Of a DNA stretch of 39,786 bases, positions 1-11,053 are shown piece by piece. A program made the position numbers and the translations under genes. Numbering within the stretch: the stretch's first letter is position 1; each line of letters opens with the position of its first letter. Source of the stretch: Octopus bimaculoides (taxonomy: Eukaryota); contig NC_068999.1 of NCBI RefSeq assembly GCF_001194135.2, positions 44,827,802 to 44,867,587 on the forward strand. Direction: 5' to 3'. Below the pieces are notes generated by a model. That model saw only the letters and a list, made by a program, of their open reading frames with translations. It was not told where the DNA came from and searched no databases.

Positions 1-92
1 ATGTGTGTGTGTGTGTGCGTGTGTGTGTTGTATGACAAAAATAAAAACATAACAAGCGGAATATATCAAAATTGAAAGTGGAAAAAAACTCC

Positions 93-103
93 AGTAATAA
101 TAA

Positions 104-153
<50 letters not shown>

Positions 154-217
154 ATACTACTGCTACTACTATTACTACTACCATTACTACTACTGCTAAT
201 GATAATAATAATAATAA
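93..217. repeat. (ACT)n/(AAT)n trinucleotide microsatellite
   Basis: Direct: actactact... run followed by aataataat; explains the poly-Thr/Asn ORF 72..368. Confidence 0.95.
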
Positions 218-727
218 CGGACTCTTAAGAAAACTTTTAAAACATCCAAAAGAAAAAATCATAAAAACCTGCTCGACGAACGGAAGGGAATATAAATTGG
301 ACACATTAATTCTAATGGTCTTCTTGGCCATTACTAAAATTACCACCCAGCACTGTTTATTCAAGTGAACCAAGAAAATGGGTGTGGTGCGCGAGCGGTG
401 GGGGAAATCAGAAAATATAAAATACAAAATAAAACATGGCTGCCAACGAAACAACCTTGCAGAACAATTAAGACGCAACTATTTAGCTTTTACTCGTCCA
501 TAGTGGCTGGCATAACGCTTCTGTGCACCTTGTGTATATATGGCGACTGGTATAACAGTATAATATTCACATAGTTCTATTTATTAACATGTTATTTTGG
601 TTATGTTAATGCGTGTATCTGGTTATTTTAGAGAACGATTAAGATATTATTACGATTATTACAATTCGTCTAGGCCATTGCTTTCATAAGGTTTGTATCC
701 TTCTACGCACAGCATTGATATTACTAC

Positions 728-764
<37 letters not shown>

Positions 765-1406
765 NNNNNNNNNNNNNNNNNNNNNNNNNNNNNNNNNNNN
801 NNNNNNNNNNNNNNNNNNNNNNNNNNNNNNNNNNNNNNNNNNNNNNNNNNNNNNNNNNNNNNNNNNNNNNNNNNNNNNNNNNNNNNNNNNNNNNNNNNNN
901 NNNNNNNNNNNNNNNNNNNNNNNNNNNNNNNNNNNNNNNNNNNNNNNNNNNNNNNNNNNNNNNNNNNNNNNNNNNNNNNNNNNNNNNNNNNNNNNNNNNN
1001 NNNNNNNNNNNNNNNNNNNNNNNNNNNNNNNNNNNNNNNNNNNNNNNNNNNNNNNNNNNNNNNNNNNNNNNNNNNNNNNNNNNNNNNNNNNNNNNNNNNN
1101 NNNNNNNNNNNNNNNNNNNNNNNNNNNNNNNNNNNNNNNNNNNNNNNNNNNNNNNNNNNNNNNNNNNNNNNNNNNNNNNNNNNNNNNNNNNNNNNNNNNN
1201 NNNNNNNNNNNNNNNNNNNNNNNNNNNNNNNNNNNNNNNNNNNNNNNNNNNNNNNNNNNNNNNNNNNNNNNNNNNNNNNNNNNNNNNNNNNNNNNNNNNN
1301 NNNNNNNNNNNNNNNNNNNNNNNNNNNNNNNNNNNNNNNNNNNNNNNNNNNNNNNNNNNNNNNNNNNNNNNNNNNNNNNNNNNNNNNNNNNNNNNNNNNN
1401 NNNNNN

Positions 1407-1440
1407 AGTTACGCACTGGGGTTGATCGAATCGACTTAAT
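1407..1440 (+). mobile_element. SINE-A fragment emerging from a gap
   Basis: agttacgcactggggttgatcgaatcgacttaat matches the SINE-A body seen at 13022-13257 and 23667-24027. Confidence 0.75.
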
Positions 1441-1476
1441 CTTAATATGTATTTCTATCATTAAGATGAAATTATT

Positions 1477-1885
1477 TTATTCTTTTTTTTTTTTTCCTTT
1501 TCTTGTTTCAGTAATGTGACTGCGCTCGTGGTGAAGCACCGCCTTAAAAGGATATTTAGTCGAAGAATTCGATCCCAGGATTTATTCTTTATAAGCCTAC
1601 TATTTATTCTACCAGTCTCTTTGCCGAACCGCTAGATTACGGAGACGTAAACGCGCCTTCATCAGTTGTGAAGCGATGGTGGAGACACACATGCACGCGG
1701 GCGTGCATAAATCTATAGAACGGGCTTCTTTCAGTTTTCGTCTACCAAATCTACTCACAAGATTTTGGTTGAACCGAGACTTTAGTAGAAGAAACTTGCC
1801 GAAGGTGCCATTCAGCCACGCAGTGGGACTGAACCCGGAACCATATGGTTGGAAAGTAAGCTTCATACCAAAACATCCACGGCTG
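1477..1885 (-). mobile_element. SINE-B, near full length (tRNA head, CORE-like box, internal CA/TA tract, CR1-like tail)
   Basis: Reverse complement gives the head ...ggttccgggttcagtcccactgcgtgg..., the module gatttggtagacgaaaactgaaagaagcccg, and the tail ...aaggcggtgcttcac...cagtcacattactgaaacaaga. It is homologous to 6379-6618, 19475-19585 and 21434-21623. Confidence 0.85.
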
Positions 1886-2249
1886 TGTATATTCAGCAAA
1901 ATAAATTTTAAGCAATTGATGGAATCGAATCTTATTCTTGCGTAAAAAAATAATTCAGAATATAATAGGATTGTTGTCTTTTCTTTTAATTTTCTACTTT
2001 TCCATAAGATTTATATTTGCTTAAAATCTCTCTATATTTACATTAATAATAAAACAGACGTATTGTAGTTTTTTTGCAAAATGTACTTTTTAATGTCAGG
2101 CACTTTTACTATGAAACATGTCAAGGATTGTAAACACATAATTCAGGTGTTGCTCATCTTGCTGAAAATAGCAGTCAAAACTTGCAAATCACACCTTCAA
2201 ATAAAAAAGTTACACATAGTTGCTGATATACGTATTAACGACGAGACTG

Positions 2250-2326
2250 TTGCGATCCGGGAATCGAACTTACAACCTCACCATCGCAAGCTCGACGCCC
2301 TAACCACTGAGTCATGCACCTTCACA
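2250..2326 (-). mobile_element. tRNA-derived SINE head (CORE-head family)
   Basis: Reverse complement tgtgaaggtgcatgactcagtggttagggcg...agttcgattcccgga has A-box-like and B-box-like motifs; same 5' start as 16158 and 33357. Confidence 0.7.
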
Positions 2327-2355
2327 TGTATATATGTATATGTATATACATATAT

Positions 2356-2410
2356 GGTGGTGCTCCAGCCTGGCCACAGTCAAATGACTGAAACAAGTAA
2401 AAAATATATG
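2356..2410 (+). mobile_element. SINE-B 3' tail fragment
   Basis: ggtggtgctccagcctggccacagtcaaatgactgaaacaagtaa matches the tail at 6561-6600. Confidence 0.8.
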
Positions 2411-2414
2411 CATA

Positions 2415-2856
2415 AGACTCTATTCCTTAGAGCGTAGACGAGAAAGATATGCCATAATATACATCTGGAAGATCCTCGAAGGAATTGTCCCAAACTTTGC
2501 CAAAGACTCCAAATTTGCCATCAAGATGTAGGACAAGATACTGCAACAGCCTGGGCTTCAGAGGTCCACAGCTCTTCACTATCCTCCCGAAGAACCTGAG
2601 AGACCTGCATGCGGTGGATATAGGTGTCTTCAAGATGAGGCTGGACCTCTTCCTGTCAGGTGTCCCAGAAGAACCAACTTCACGGCAGGAGGTGCAGATG
2701 AGAGCAGCTGCATCAAATTCTCTCATGCACCAAATGTCAATTCCTGAAGTAAAATTCGTGAAGTAAAATTGTGTAGCAACACCAAATGGCGGTACCTCAG
2801 CATGGCCACAGCTCATGAGCTGAAACTAGTTAAAATGAAAAAAAATGAAAATGAAA
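2415..2856 (+). mobile_element. CR1-clade LINE, 5'-truncated ORF2 C-terminus plus 3' UTR, internally deleted
   Basis: Translation RLYSLERRRERYAIIYIWKILEGIVPNF from 2415 resembles the CR1-type ORF2 C-terminal motif (L.SLE.RR.R..I..KI..G). After a frameshift/deletion it continues ...SRCRTRYCNSLGFRGPQLFTILPKNLRDL...FKMRLDLFLSGVPEEP...(stop 2764-2766). A short 3' UTR and a (tgaaaa)-like tail follow. Confidence 0.85.
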
Positions 2857-3299
2857 TAAATATATATATTTATATATCATATATATGTCTATATAAANNN
2901 NNNNNNNNNNNNNNNNNNNNNNNNNNNNNNNNNNNNNNNNNNNNNNNNNNNNNNNNNNNNNNNNNNNNNNNNNNNNNNNNNNNNNNNNNNNNNNNNNNNN
3001 NNNNNNNNNNNNNNNNNNNNNNNNNNNNNNNNNNNNNNNNNNNNNNNNNNNNNTATATATATATATATATATATATATATGCTGGCGTTCAAAAATTATC
3101 AACCAGCCGTTCAGTAGATCATTGCTACATTTCTGTTTATATAATATCGTTAATGTAATAAAATGGTAGACATACTCTTTATATATTTATGATAACATTA
3201 CGAAATAGATTTGTTCATAAAGCATACATACATTTCTGTTAATATTTCATATCTGTGGATATAGTCTGCTTCGTATTGTTATTGTCATATTATCTCATT

Positions 3300-3330
<31 letters not shown>

Positions 3331-4428
3331 GTATATACGTATATATATATATATATATATTTGAAAGTGGAATTTTTTGTCGGCTTATTTGTGATAATGC
3401 ACATTTATTAAACTCATAAACACAGCTGCATCGGTTATTTATAGGTAGGAACGAAGAATTATACAATAATAATAGTGATGATGATTATGACGATGGTTAC
3501 GATGATGACGATAGTTGGGCGACAAAATATGGCGGAATAAGTCAAGAAGGGAAACAATTCGACCAGCACGGGTATATAGATGGCAGCCATTACACATACA
3601 CGTTCGTATCCATGCATATAACGAAGACACATGGTAATGTAAATGCCGGAGAATACGTCCGTACGTACATAAGTATGTACGTGTGTGCGAGCGTGTGTGG
3701 GGAAGGGGATCAAAAATAAGAAGAAGAATAACAGAAGTCAGGAGGTTGCACACAGTAAATGTTTTAGATTGACGCTCAGAGAAAGTTTAAGATGGGGGGG
3801 GGGNNNNNNNNNNNNNNNNNNNNNNNNNNNNNNNNNNNNNNNNNNNNNNNNNNNNNNNNNNNNNNNNNNNNNNNNNNNNNNNNNNNNNNNNNNNNNNNNN
3901 NNNNNNNNNNNNNNNNNNNNNNNNNNNNNNNNNNNNNNNNNNNNNNNNNNNNNNNNNNNNNNNNNNNNNNNNNNNNNNNNNNNNNNNNNNNNNNNNNNNN
4001 NNNNNNNNNNNNNNNNNNNNNNNNNNNNNNNNNNNNNNNNNNNNNNNNNNNNNNNNNNNNNNNNNNNNNNNNNNNNNNNNNNNNNNNNNNNNNNNNNNNN
4101 NNNNNNNNNNNNNNNNNNNNNNNNNNNNNNNNNNNNNNNNNNNNNNNNNNNNNNNNNNNNNNNNNNNNNNNNNNNNNNNNNNNNNNNNNNNNNNNNNNNN
4201 NNNNNNNNNNNNNNNNNNNNNNNNNNNNNNNNNNNNNNNNNNNNNNNNNNNNNNNNNNNNNNNNNNNNNNNNNNNNNNNNNNNNNNNNNNNNNNNNNNNN
4301 NNNNNNNNNNNNNNNNNNNNNNNNNNNNNNNNTATATATATATATATATATATACATATATATGCGTGTGTGTGTATATATGTGTGTGTGCATACATATA
4401 TATATATGTGAGTGTATGTATATATATA

Positions 4429-4463
<35 letters not shown>

Positions 4464-4479
4464 GTGTCGAAAAACATGA

Positions 4480-6340
4480 CTTGCCTCTCATAACCTTAAT
4501 TTTAGCACAGTTATCCACTCCAAACTCCATACTTAAGTCATCAGTGAACTATTGACTGTTTTCAAAATTCCTTCCGGTCCTTCACTCTCCTCGTCGTTTT
4601 AGATCGTTCATAACCTGTCTAAAGTGTGATTTTCCTGTCCTTGATCTCATAACCATAATATGTGTTGCTTAATTCTGATAAGGAATTTAAGAAAAGATAA
4701 AAATGTTGCTGTGAAAGAGTCTCCTTGGATAATGCCACAAGTAATGTTCTTATTGCTGGATTTCATCGTAATATTTGAGTCAGAAAAAAATTAGAATTGT
4801 GTGCTTCAAGATCAAGCTTTGCTTTAAGAAATTTATTAGCATGAATGATATTTTGTGCACTTACAAAGCTTTTGGTGAGAAACACGCTCAAACGCCTTTT
4901 CATATTCAATTCACGAGCGGTTTTAAGTCCCCGTTTTGAGCGGCAGATTTCTCGTATCATACAGTTAATTAGGAGTTAGTTTATACATGCCAATAAACCA
5001 CGGAAAGAAACATTTCATTCAAGTGGGAAGCTGTTTTCTTCCTTATGAAAATCTATTCATTCAAGCAATATTGATCTAAAAGACTTTATAGAAAGTTGAC
5101 AGACAGGTAAGAGGTCTGTAATTTTTTTCTGTCTCTTTCTTTCGTTTGTTATGTTTCTTGATTTCGGTGGTATGTAAGCTGCGCTTTGCATAAACATTCC
5201 GGTATTTTAGTTGGTTCTCAATAATTTCGTTTAGAAGGGTTTTTTTTTTAAATATTTCGGGGAGAGATAATAGCATGGATTACCAAAACTTTTGGAACTT
5301 TGTGCCCGCTGTTACCCCCTTTTTTTTTCTGAGGGCTTCTTCAAATTCTTTACGTATTGTATTTTGCCATTCTTGTTCTAGTATTTCACTATTTGCCTTC
5401 TGTATGTTGTTTATTCCTTTAGCATCATCATTGAGGTCTATTCTTGGTTACTCAAAATCTTACTCCAAAGTTACTGAGCTTATTCAATTGTTGCTGTTTT
5501 ATCAACTACCCACGAATCTCTTCTTATATCTCGGTAAAATGCAAAGTTTGTTTTGCCTGTAAAATTAGCTTCATTTATGCTACCTTTTACACTTCAAGTT
5601 TTGGCTTATCCTATTTCTGGCTCTTTGATTGGTAGCATACCATCTATCTTTTTTGCCCATATTTTTTTCTTTAATTTCCTAACTTTCTTCTCTCGTCCTT
5701 CATCATGCCAAGTTTCTTTAAGATCGATATTTCTCCTTTCTTTAGTTCCATTTTCTTTTTTACCTTCTCCAGTTAGGTTTTCTGTGTTGCACAAGCCAGT
5801 ATCTCTTTTATTGACGGAATACTTTGATTCAATTTGCTTTGGCTGAGGCATACATCAATTGATTGGGTTCAGACAAATTACGCTTAATTGTGTTGAGAAG
5901 ATCTTTGATTGCAGTCTTTTCCATCCTCAACAATTTCATTCTTGTTGTTGTTTTATTCATGGTTCTCCTTCTAACATGTTTATGCAGCTTATTTTGACAA
6001 CTTCATTCAAAAATTTCTTTCTCTATATTTTCGATGTCTTCAGCACTCTCCTCTTGAAACTTGTTCAAACTCATTGCTATTCCCTTCATCTAATGCTTCA
6101 TTGTCATTTTGATTTCCGATATCATTTCTCATGTTCTCAATCTGTTCCTCTATCTCTCTTTCTGAAAACCTGAATCAATAATTTGGAATTCTCTTCCATC
6201 AACTACTTCAACATATATTCATACCTAGGTTTTCTTTATCACATGCTGTATTCATACCTCGCTCTTCATCATACACTATATTTATATGTCAGTCATCTTT
6301 ATCATATACCGTACTCATACCCAGGCCTTCTTCCCCAACA
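4480..6340 (-). mobile_element. Decayed non-LTR retrotransposon RT region, R4/Dong-like
   Basis: Minus-strand motifs in correct RT order despite frameshifts: KNYRPLTCLSTFYK (about 5130-5085), EYEKAFERVSH (about 4905-4875, DYKKAFDSVPH-like), ITCGIIQGDSF (about 4750-4715), VMNDLK (about 4612-4595, YMDDLK-like), [17 protein letters not shown] (4530-4480). The last resembles the MEFGLDKCAK motif of R4/Dong ORFs. The upstream boundary is approximate. Confidence 0.8.
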
Positions 6341-6378
6341 TGTTTTTCCTTGAGTTCTGCGCCTTTAACTTTTTGGAA

Positions 6379-6618
6379 CTATATATATATATGCGCGTGT
6401 GTGTATGTTTGTGTGTCTGTGTTTGTCCCCCATCATCGTTTGACAACCGATGCTGGTGTGTTTACGTCCCCGTAACTTAGCTGTCCGGCAAAAGAGACCG
6501 ATAGAATAAGTACTAAGCTTACAAAGAATAAGTCCTGGGATCGACTTGTTCGACTAAAAAGGCGGTGCTCCAGCATGGCCGGAGTCAAATGACTGAAACA
6601 AATATAAGATTAAAAGAT
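6379..6618 (+). mobile_element. SINE-B 3' half starting at its internal microsatellite
   Basis: (TA/TG)n then gtgtttgtccccc...acgtccccgtaacttagc...ggcggtgctccagcatggcc...tgactgaaaca, followed by a short A-rich tail. Confidence 0.9.
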
Positions 6619-6817
6619 TGGCAGAATCGTTAGCACGCCGGGCAAAATGCTTAGCGGTATTTCGTCTGTCTTTATATTCTGAGTTCAAATTCTACCGAGG
6701 ACGACTTAGCTTTTCATCCTTTTGTACCAGTTGCATACTGGGTCGATCTAACCGACTGGCCCCCTCCCCCAAATTTCGGGCCTTGTGCCTAGAGTAGAAA
6801 AGATTATTATTATTATT
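6619..6817 (+). mobile_element. SINE-A monomer with (ATT)n tail
   Basis: tggcagaatcgttagcacgccggg...gagttcaaatt (B box)...ccttgtgcctagagtagaaaagattattatt. Confidence 0.9.
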
Positions 6818-6889
6818 CAGGTCACTGCCTGGAATCGAACTCGGAATATTGGGGTTAGTAGCCCGCACTTTTAACCACTACGCCATATG
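6818..6889 (-). mobile_element. Short tRNA-derived SINE or tRNA pseudogene, tail-to-tail with SINE-A
   Basis: Reverse complement tggcgtagtggttaaaagtgcgggctactaacccc...gagttcgattccaggcagtgacctg has A and B boxes and an anticodon-like arm. It runs into the shared (AAT)n tract. Confidence 0.7.
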
Positions 6890-7018
6890 TCCTATCTCTT
6901 CTGTTTTTCTTTCTCTCTCTGTATGTATATCTATCTATTTCACTGTCTGTTTCTCTGTCTATTTATCTAACTATTTATCTGTCTGTCTGTCTATCTATCT
7001 ATCTCTCTTTCTCTCTTA

Positions 7019-7061
<43 letters not shown>

Positions 7062-7120
7062 GTCTACCTGTCTGTCTCTCTATCTGCCTATCTATTTATC
7101 TATCTATCTATTATCTGCAC

Positions 7121-7165
<45 letters not shown>
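6890..7165. repeat. Compound (TCTA/TCTG)n plus (CA)n microsatellite
   Basis: Direct. Confidence 0.9.
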
Positions 7166-7166
<1 letters not shown>

Positions 7167-7639
7167 CGCGGGCATACATTGATCAAAATAACCGTATCCA
7201 AAATCTGCCTCTTAATGGTATGTAGCTGTGAAATTTTGTTATCTTTTACTTCGTTTGATGATAACGTGTGTGTTTCTTCTTTAACGAACTAATTTCGTGT
7301 CTGAGTTCTGTGATTGATGTTTTTGAAAGCAACCGTTAGGCATTTCTGTTCGGAATGGTAATGGAGGAGAAGGAATAGCTGCATCCGGTGCTGTGGAATT
7401 CCTGTAAATCATGGTATTTTCCAGTTGGTCTGTGAAATTACCGTTTCTCGTTTGGAATTTCTTATTAGTTTTGCTCTGTTAGTCGTGTCTACTTCTCCTT
7501 TTTGTGTGACCGTACCATGAAGACTGTTCACTCCTCAAAGACGTGGTTTCCGATTTGAACTCCTTGCTAAGGTTGACCTGGATTTGAACCCGTTGCAGCG
7601 CTGACCTGGGACTAAACATCCACTCACCACCAGCTAAAG

Positions 7640-8495
7640 TTGTAGCAGCAGTAGCAGCAGCAGCAGTAGCAGCTGCTGCTGCAAAAGCATGCCACTGTCA
7701 ACATCATCACCACCATCATTATGATCACTAATATTTCCACCTAAACACAACCACCAAATAACTACAACCACCACCACCACTACAACAACAACAACAACCA
7801 TTACTACCACCACAACCACCAGTACTATGACCACCGCCTCGAGTACCATCACTATCACCACCACCACCATCACAACCGCTAACACCATCACCACCACAAC
7901 CACGACTTCAACTACCACCACCTTCATCACAACCACCACCACCACTACAACTACCAAAACCACTACCACCACCACGACTAACACCACCACCACCTCTACT
8001 ACCACCACCATCACAACCACCAAAATCCACCCACCACCACCGCCACCGCCGACACNNNNNNNNNNNNNNNNNNNNNNNNNNNNNNNNNNNNNNNNNNNNN
8101 NNNNNNNNNNNNNNNNNNNNNNNNNNNNNNNNNNNNNNNNNNNNNNNNNNNNNNNNNNNNNNNNNNNNNNNNNNNNNNNNNNNNNNNNNNNNNNNNNNNN
8201 NNNNNNNNNNNNNNNNNNNNNNNNNNNNNNNNNNNNNNNNNNNNNNNNNNNNNNNNNNNNNNNNNNNNNNNNNNNNNNNNNNNNNNNNNNNNNNNNNNNN
8301 NNNNNNNNNNNNNNNNNNNNNNNNNNNNNNNNNNNNNNNNNNNNNNNNNNNNNNNNNNNNNNNNNNNNNNNNNNNNNNNNNNNNNNNNNNNNNNNNNNNN
8401 NNNNNNNNNNNNNNNNNNNNNNNNNNNNNNNNNNNCATCACAACCACCACCACCACAAACTACAACAACAGCAACAATAGTAACAAGAAGTACTA
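7640..8495. repeat. Degenerate (CAG)/(ACC)/(CAA) triplet tract interrupted by a gap
   Basis: Direct; source of the poly-Thr and poly-Val ORFs. Confidence 0.9.
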
Positions 8496-8757
8496 TAACA
8501 AGAACCTTTCTTCCTTCCAGAAATTCTTCATCGCTGTTCCTTCAGTTGAGTTTCTCCAAGACTGGTTCCCGCCATTTATTTATTCCTCCTTAAAATATGT
8601 TTACACAATCTCAAGAATTTCAAATCAACATTTATTCCATCTAACTCATTAACTCTCCTCCTAGATTCTCCATTTTTAATTATTCCAACATCCTTAATTA
8701 CATTCCTGCTCTGATTACCATAATTTTGCTGTTTTATCGTCTGATTGTTTTTACGCA

Positions 8758-8832
8758 GTGAGCTGGCAGAATCGTTAGCACGCCGGACAAAATGCTTAGC
8801 AGCATTTCGTCCGTATTTACGTTCTGAGTTCG
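8758..8832 (+). mobile_element. SINE-A head only
   Basis: gagctggcagaatcgttagcacgccgg...gttctgagttc. Confidence 0.85.
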
Positions 8833-8980
8833 GATCTCTGTGGTTTTTGTCACTGTTTACAATTGTCTTCCAATTGTTTTCAAATTTGGTATATGGATTA
8901 AGTTTTGTACACTAATTACGAAAATGAAATTCATTTTCCCTATAAATCCATAATTAAAAAAATTTGGTATTTTAGCCAAT

Positions 8981-9092
8981 CAAAAGCGAGTATTTTACAC
9001 GTATGTTTCCATAGTAACCAAAAGCGAGTATTTTACACTCTTTTTCCAAAGTAACCAAAAGCGAACATTTTACACTCCGTTTCCATAGTAAC
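8981..9092 (+). repeat. 3 x 37-38 bp tandem repeat (caaaagcgagtattttacac...tttccatagtaac)
   Basis: Direct: units 8981-9018, 9019-9055, 9056-9092. Confidence 0.9.
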
Positions 9093-9553
9093 CAAAGATA
9101 CTGCGCATGCGGACAAGCAGTGAAGGAAGCAAACGCCGATGTGGGTCACAGCGTTCCGTGGTTGACTCTTATCTTTGGAATTTAGGTGAAGAACAAGATA
9201 TGAGAAAGATGATTTATTTTATAAAACCACAGTGTATTGCAAACTTTCGTTCTTGAATTTCTTTAACAAATAAATGTCTGTTTTGAACAATGTCTTGACT
9301 GTTATTTCTAGCAACTCCTGTTGGTTTGTTCGTACCTTTAAATATTTAATTTGCTCGCGAATGTTTTAGTGTTAACTTTGCACGCGCATATTTTAATGTT
9401 TTCGCTGTTATTTCTAGCAAATCTTGTTGGTTTGTTTACTATAGCTAGTCTAATGTTTTGAAATGCCGAAGCACCACACCCTGATGATAGGTGATGCAGC
9501 GAACTATTTATTTTCGCTGCATTTTTGGAAGGGAAAAGAATTTCAGAGTTTAA

Positions 9554-9760
9554 AATAATCTTTTCTACTCCAGGCACAAGGCTCGAAATTTTGGGGGAGG
9601 GGGCCAGTCGGTTAGATCGACTCCAGAACGCAAGTGGTACTCAATTTATCGACCCCGAAAGAATGAAAGGCAAAGTCAACCTCGACGGAATTTGAACTCA
9701 GAACGTAATACCACTAAGCATTTCGCCCGGCGTGCTAACGTTTCTGCCATCTCCTCGCCT
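9554..9760 (-). mobile_element. SINE-A monomer
   Basis: Reverse complement of the head, body and (ATT) tail consensus, with a small internal deletion. Confidence 0.9.
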
Positions 9761-10109
9761 CCTTTCGGAGTTAAAACACTGTTGACGGAATTGCTGCAAT
9801 TTCAATTTGTCCTCAGGCTTCATAAAATTTTGTATATTGCCAATCCTTTTCTTCGCCGGTTTTTAAACAACTAGATAAATAAATTCCTCACAGACATCCT
9901 AGGTTGGTACAGATTCCGTTGTAAACAAAGATTGGTAACTATCGGCGATTCCTTGCAGCGATTTCCTGAATAAATTCCATATATGAAAACATTGCTAATC
10001 TCGTTCCATAGTTATTCGTTTCTTTTGTCGTTTACCCCTGCTGTTGTGATTTGTTGCAGAATCACGGTTGTAGCTTTTCATTTGAAGTAATGAGACTATT
10101 ACTACACGA

Positions 10110-10410
10110 ATCTTCTTCTACTTCTTCTTCTCCTTCTTCTTCTTCTTGGCTTTTTCTTCTTCGGCTTTTTCTTCTTCATCTTCTTCTTCTTCTTCATCTT
10201 CTTCTTCTCGTCTTGTCTTCATGGGGTCCTAATGAAAGGACCTTTCTATTTAGCATTGAAACGAATAGACTGTCACCTGCTAAGTGAATTTCGAAACTAG
10301 ATCATTCAATCTGGATATCAACTGCACCGACAGGATCACTCAGTGTACAAGTGAAGGACGTCTCCAGCAGCAGCAGCAGCAGCAGCAGCAACAGTAGCAG
10401 TAGCAGCAAT
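10110..10410. repeat. (CTT)n tract (10110-10215) and (CAG)n tract (10365-10410)
   Basis: Direct. Confidence 0.85.
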
Positions 10411-10441
10411 CATGTCTAGAGTCGAAATTGATGCTGCTGTG

Positions 10442-10604
10442 ATAATCTTTTCAACTCCAGTCACAAGACTCGAAATTTTTTTGGGGGGGAGAACAGTCGA
10501 TTAGATCGACCCCAGTACGCAACTGGTACTTAATTTATCGACCCCGAAAGGATGAAAGGCAAAGTCGACCTCGGCAGAATTTGAACTCAGAACGTAAAGA
10601 CAGA
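10442..10604 (-). mobile_element. SINE-A running into a gap
   Basis: gtcgattagatcgaccccagtacgcaactggtacttaatttatcgaccccgaaaggatgaaaggcaaagtcgacctcggc... Confidence 0.9.
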
Positions 10605-11016
10605 NNNNNNNNNNNNNNNNNNNNNNNNNNNNNNNNNNNNNNNNNNNNNNNNNNNNNNNNNNNNNNNNNNNNNNNNNNNNNNNNNNNNNNNNNNNNNNNN
10701 NNNNNNNNNNNNNNNNNNNNNNNNNNNNNNNNNNNNNNNNNNNNNNNNNNNNNNNNNNNNNNNNNNNNNNNNNNNNNNNNNNNNNNNNNNNNNNNNNNNN
10801 NNNNNNNNNNNNNNNNNNNNNNNNNNNNNNNNNNNNNNNNNNNNNNNNNNNNNNNNNNNNNNNNNNNNNNNNNNNNNNNNNNNNNNNNNNNNNNNNNNNN
10901 NNNNNNNNNNNNNNNNNNNNNNNNNNNCGATACGTTGTGCCTGTATTATTTCGGAAATGATTCCATTACAAATATATAATAAAATAAACGTGCAAAACTT
11001 ATAAACAATATTACGT

Positions 11017-11053
<37 letters not shown>

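Noticed and set aside
693-1461. ORFs crossing N runs (also at 3.7, 14.5, 22.5, 29, 36.7 and 38 kb)
   Set aside because: Artefacts of X translation and (TA)n repeats.
7280-7480. 65-codon stop-free minus-strand frame in unique DNA
   Set aside because: No convincing splice sites or homology, and adjacent frames close; within chance.
7634-8480. Mucin-like poly-Thr and poly-Val ORFs
   Set aside because: Degenerate (ACC/CAA) microsatellite plus a gap; no splice or domain evidence.
8981-9092. CRISPR-like array (also 36240-36330)
   Set aside because: Units are contiguous with no unique spacers, no cas genes are present, and the context is eukaryotic.
9481-9535. ctgatga upstream of a hairpin as a hammerhead
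   Set aside because: The hairpin is not adjacent to the core and is not followed by GAAA.
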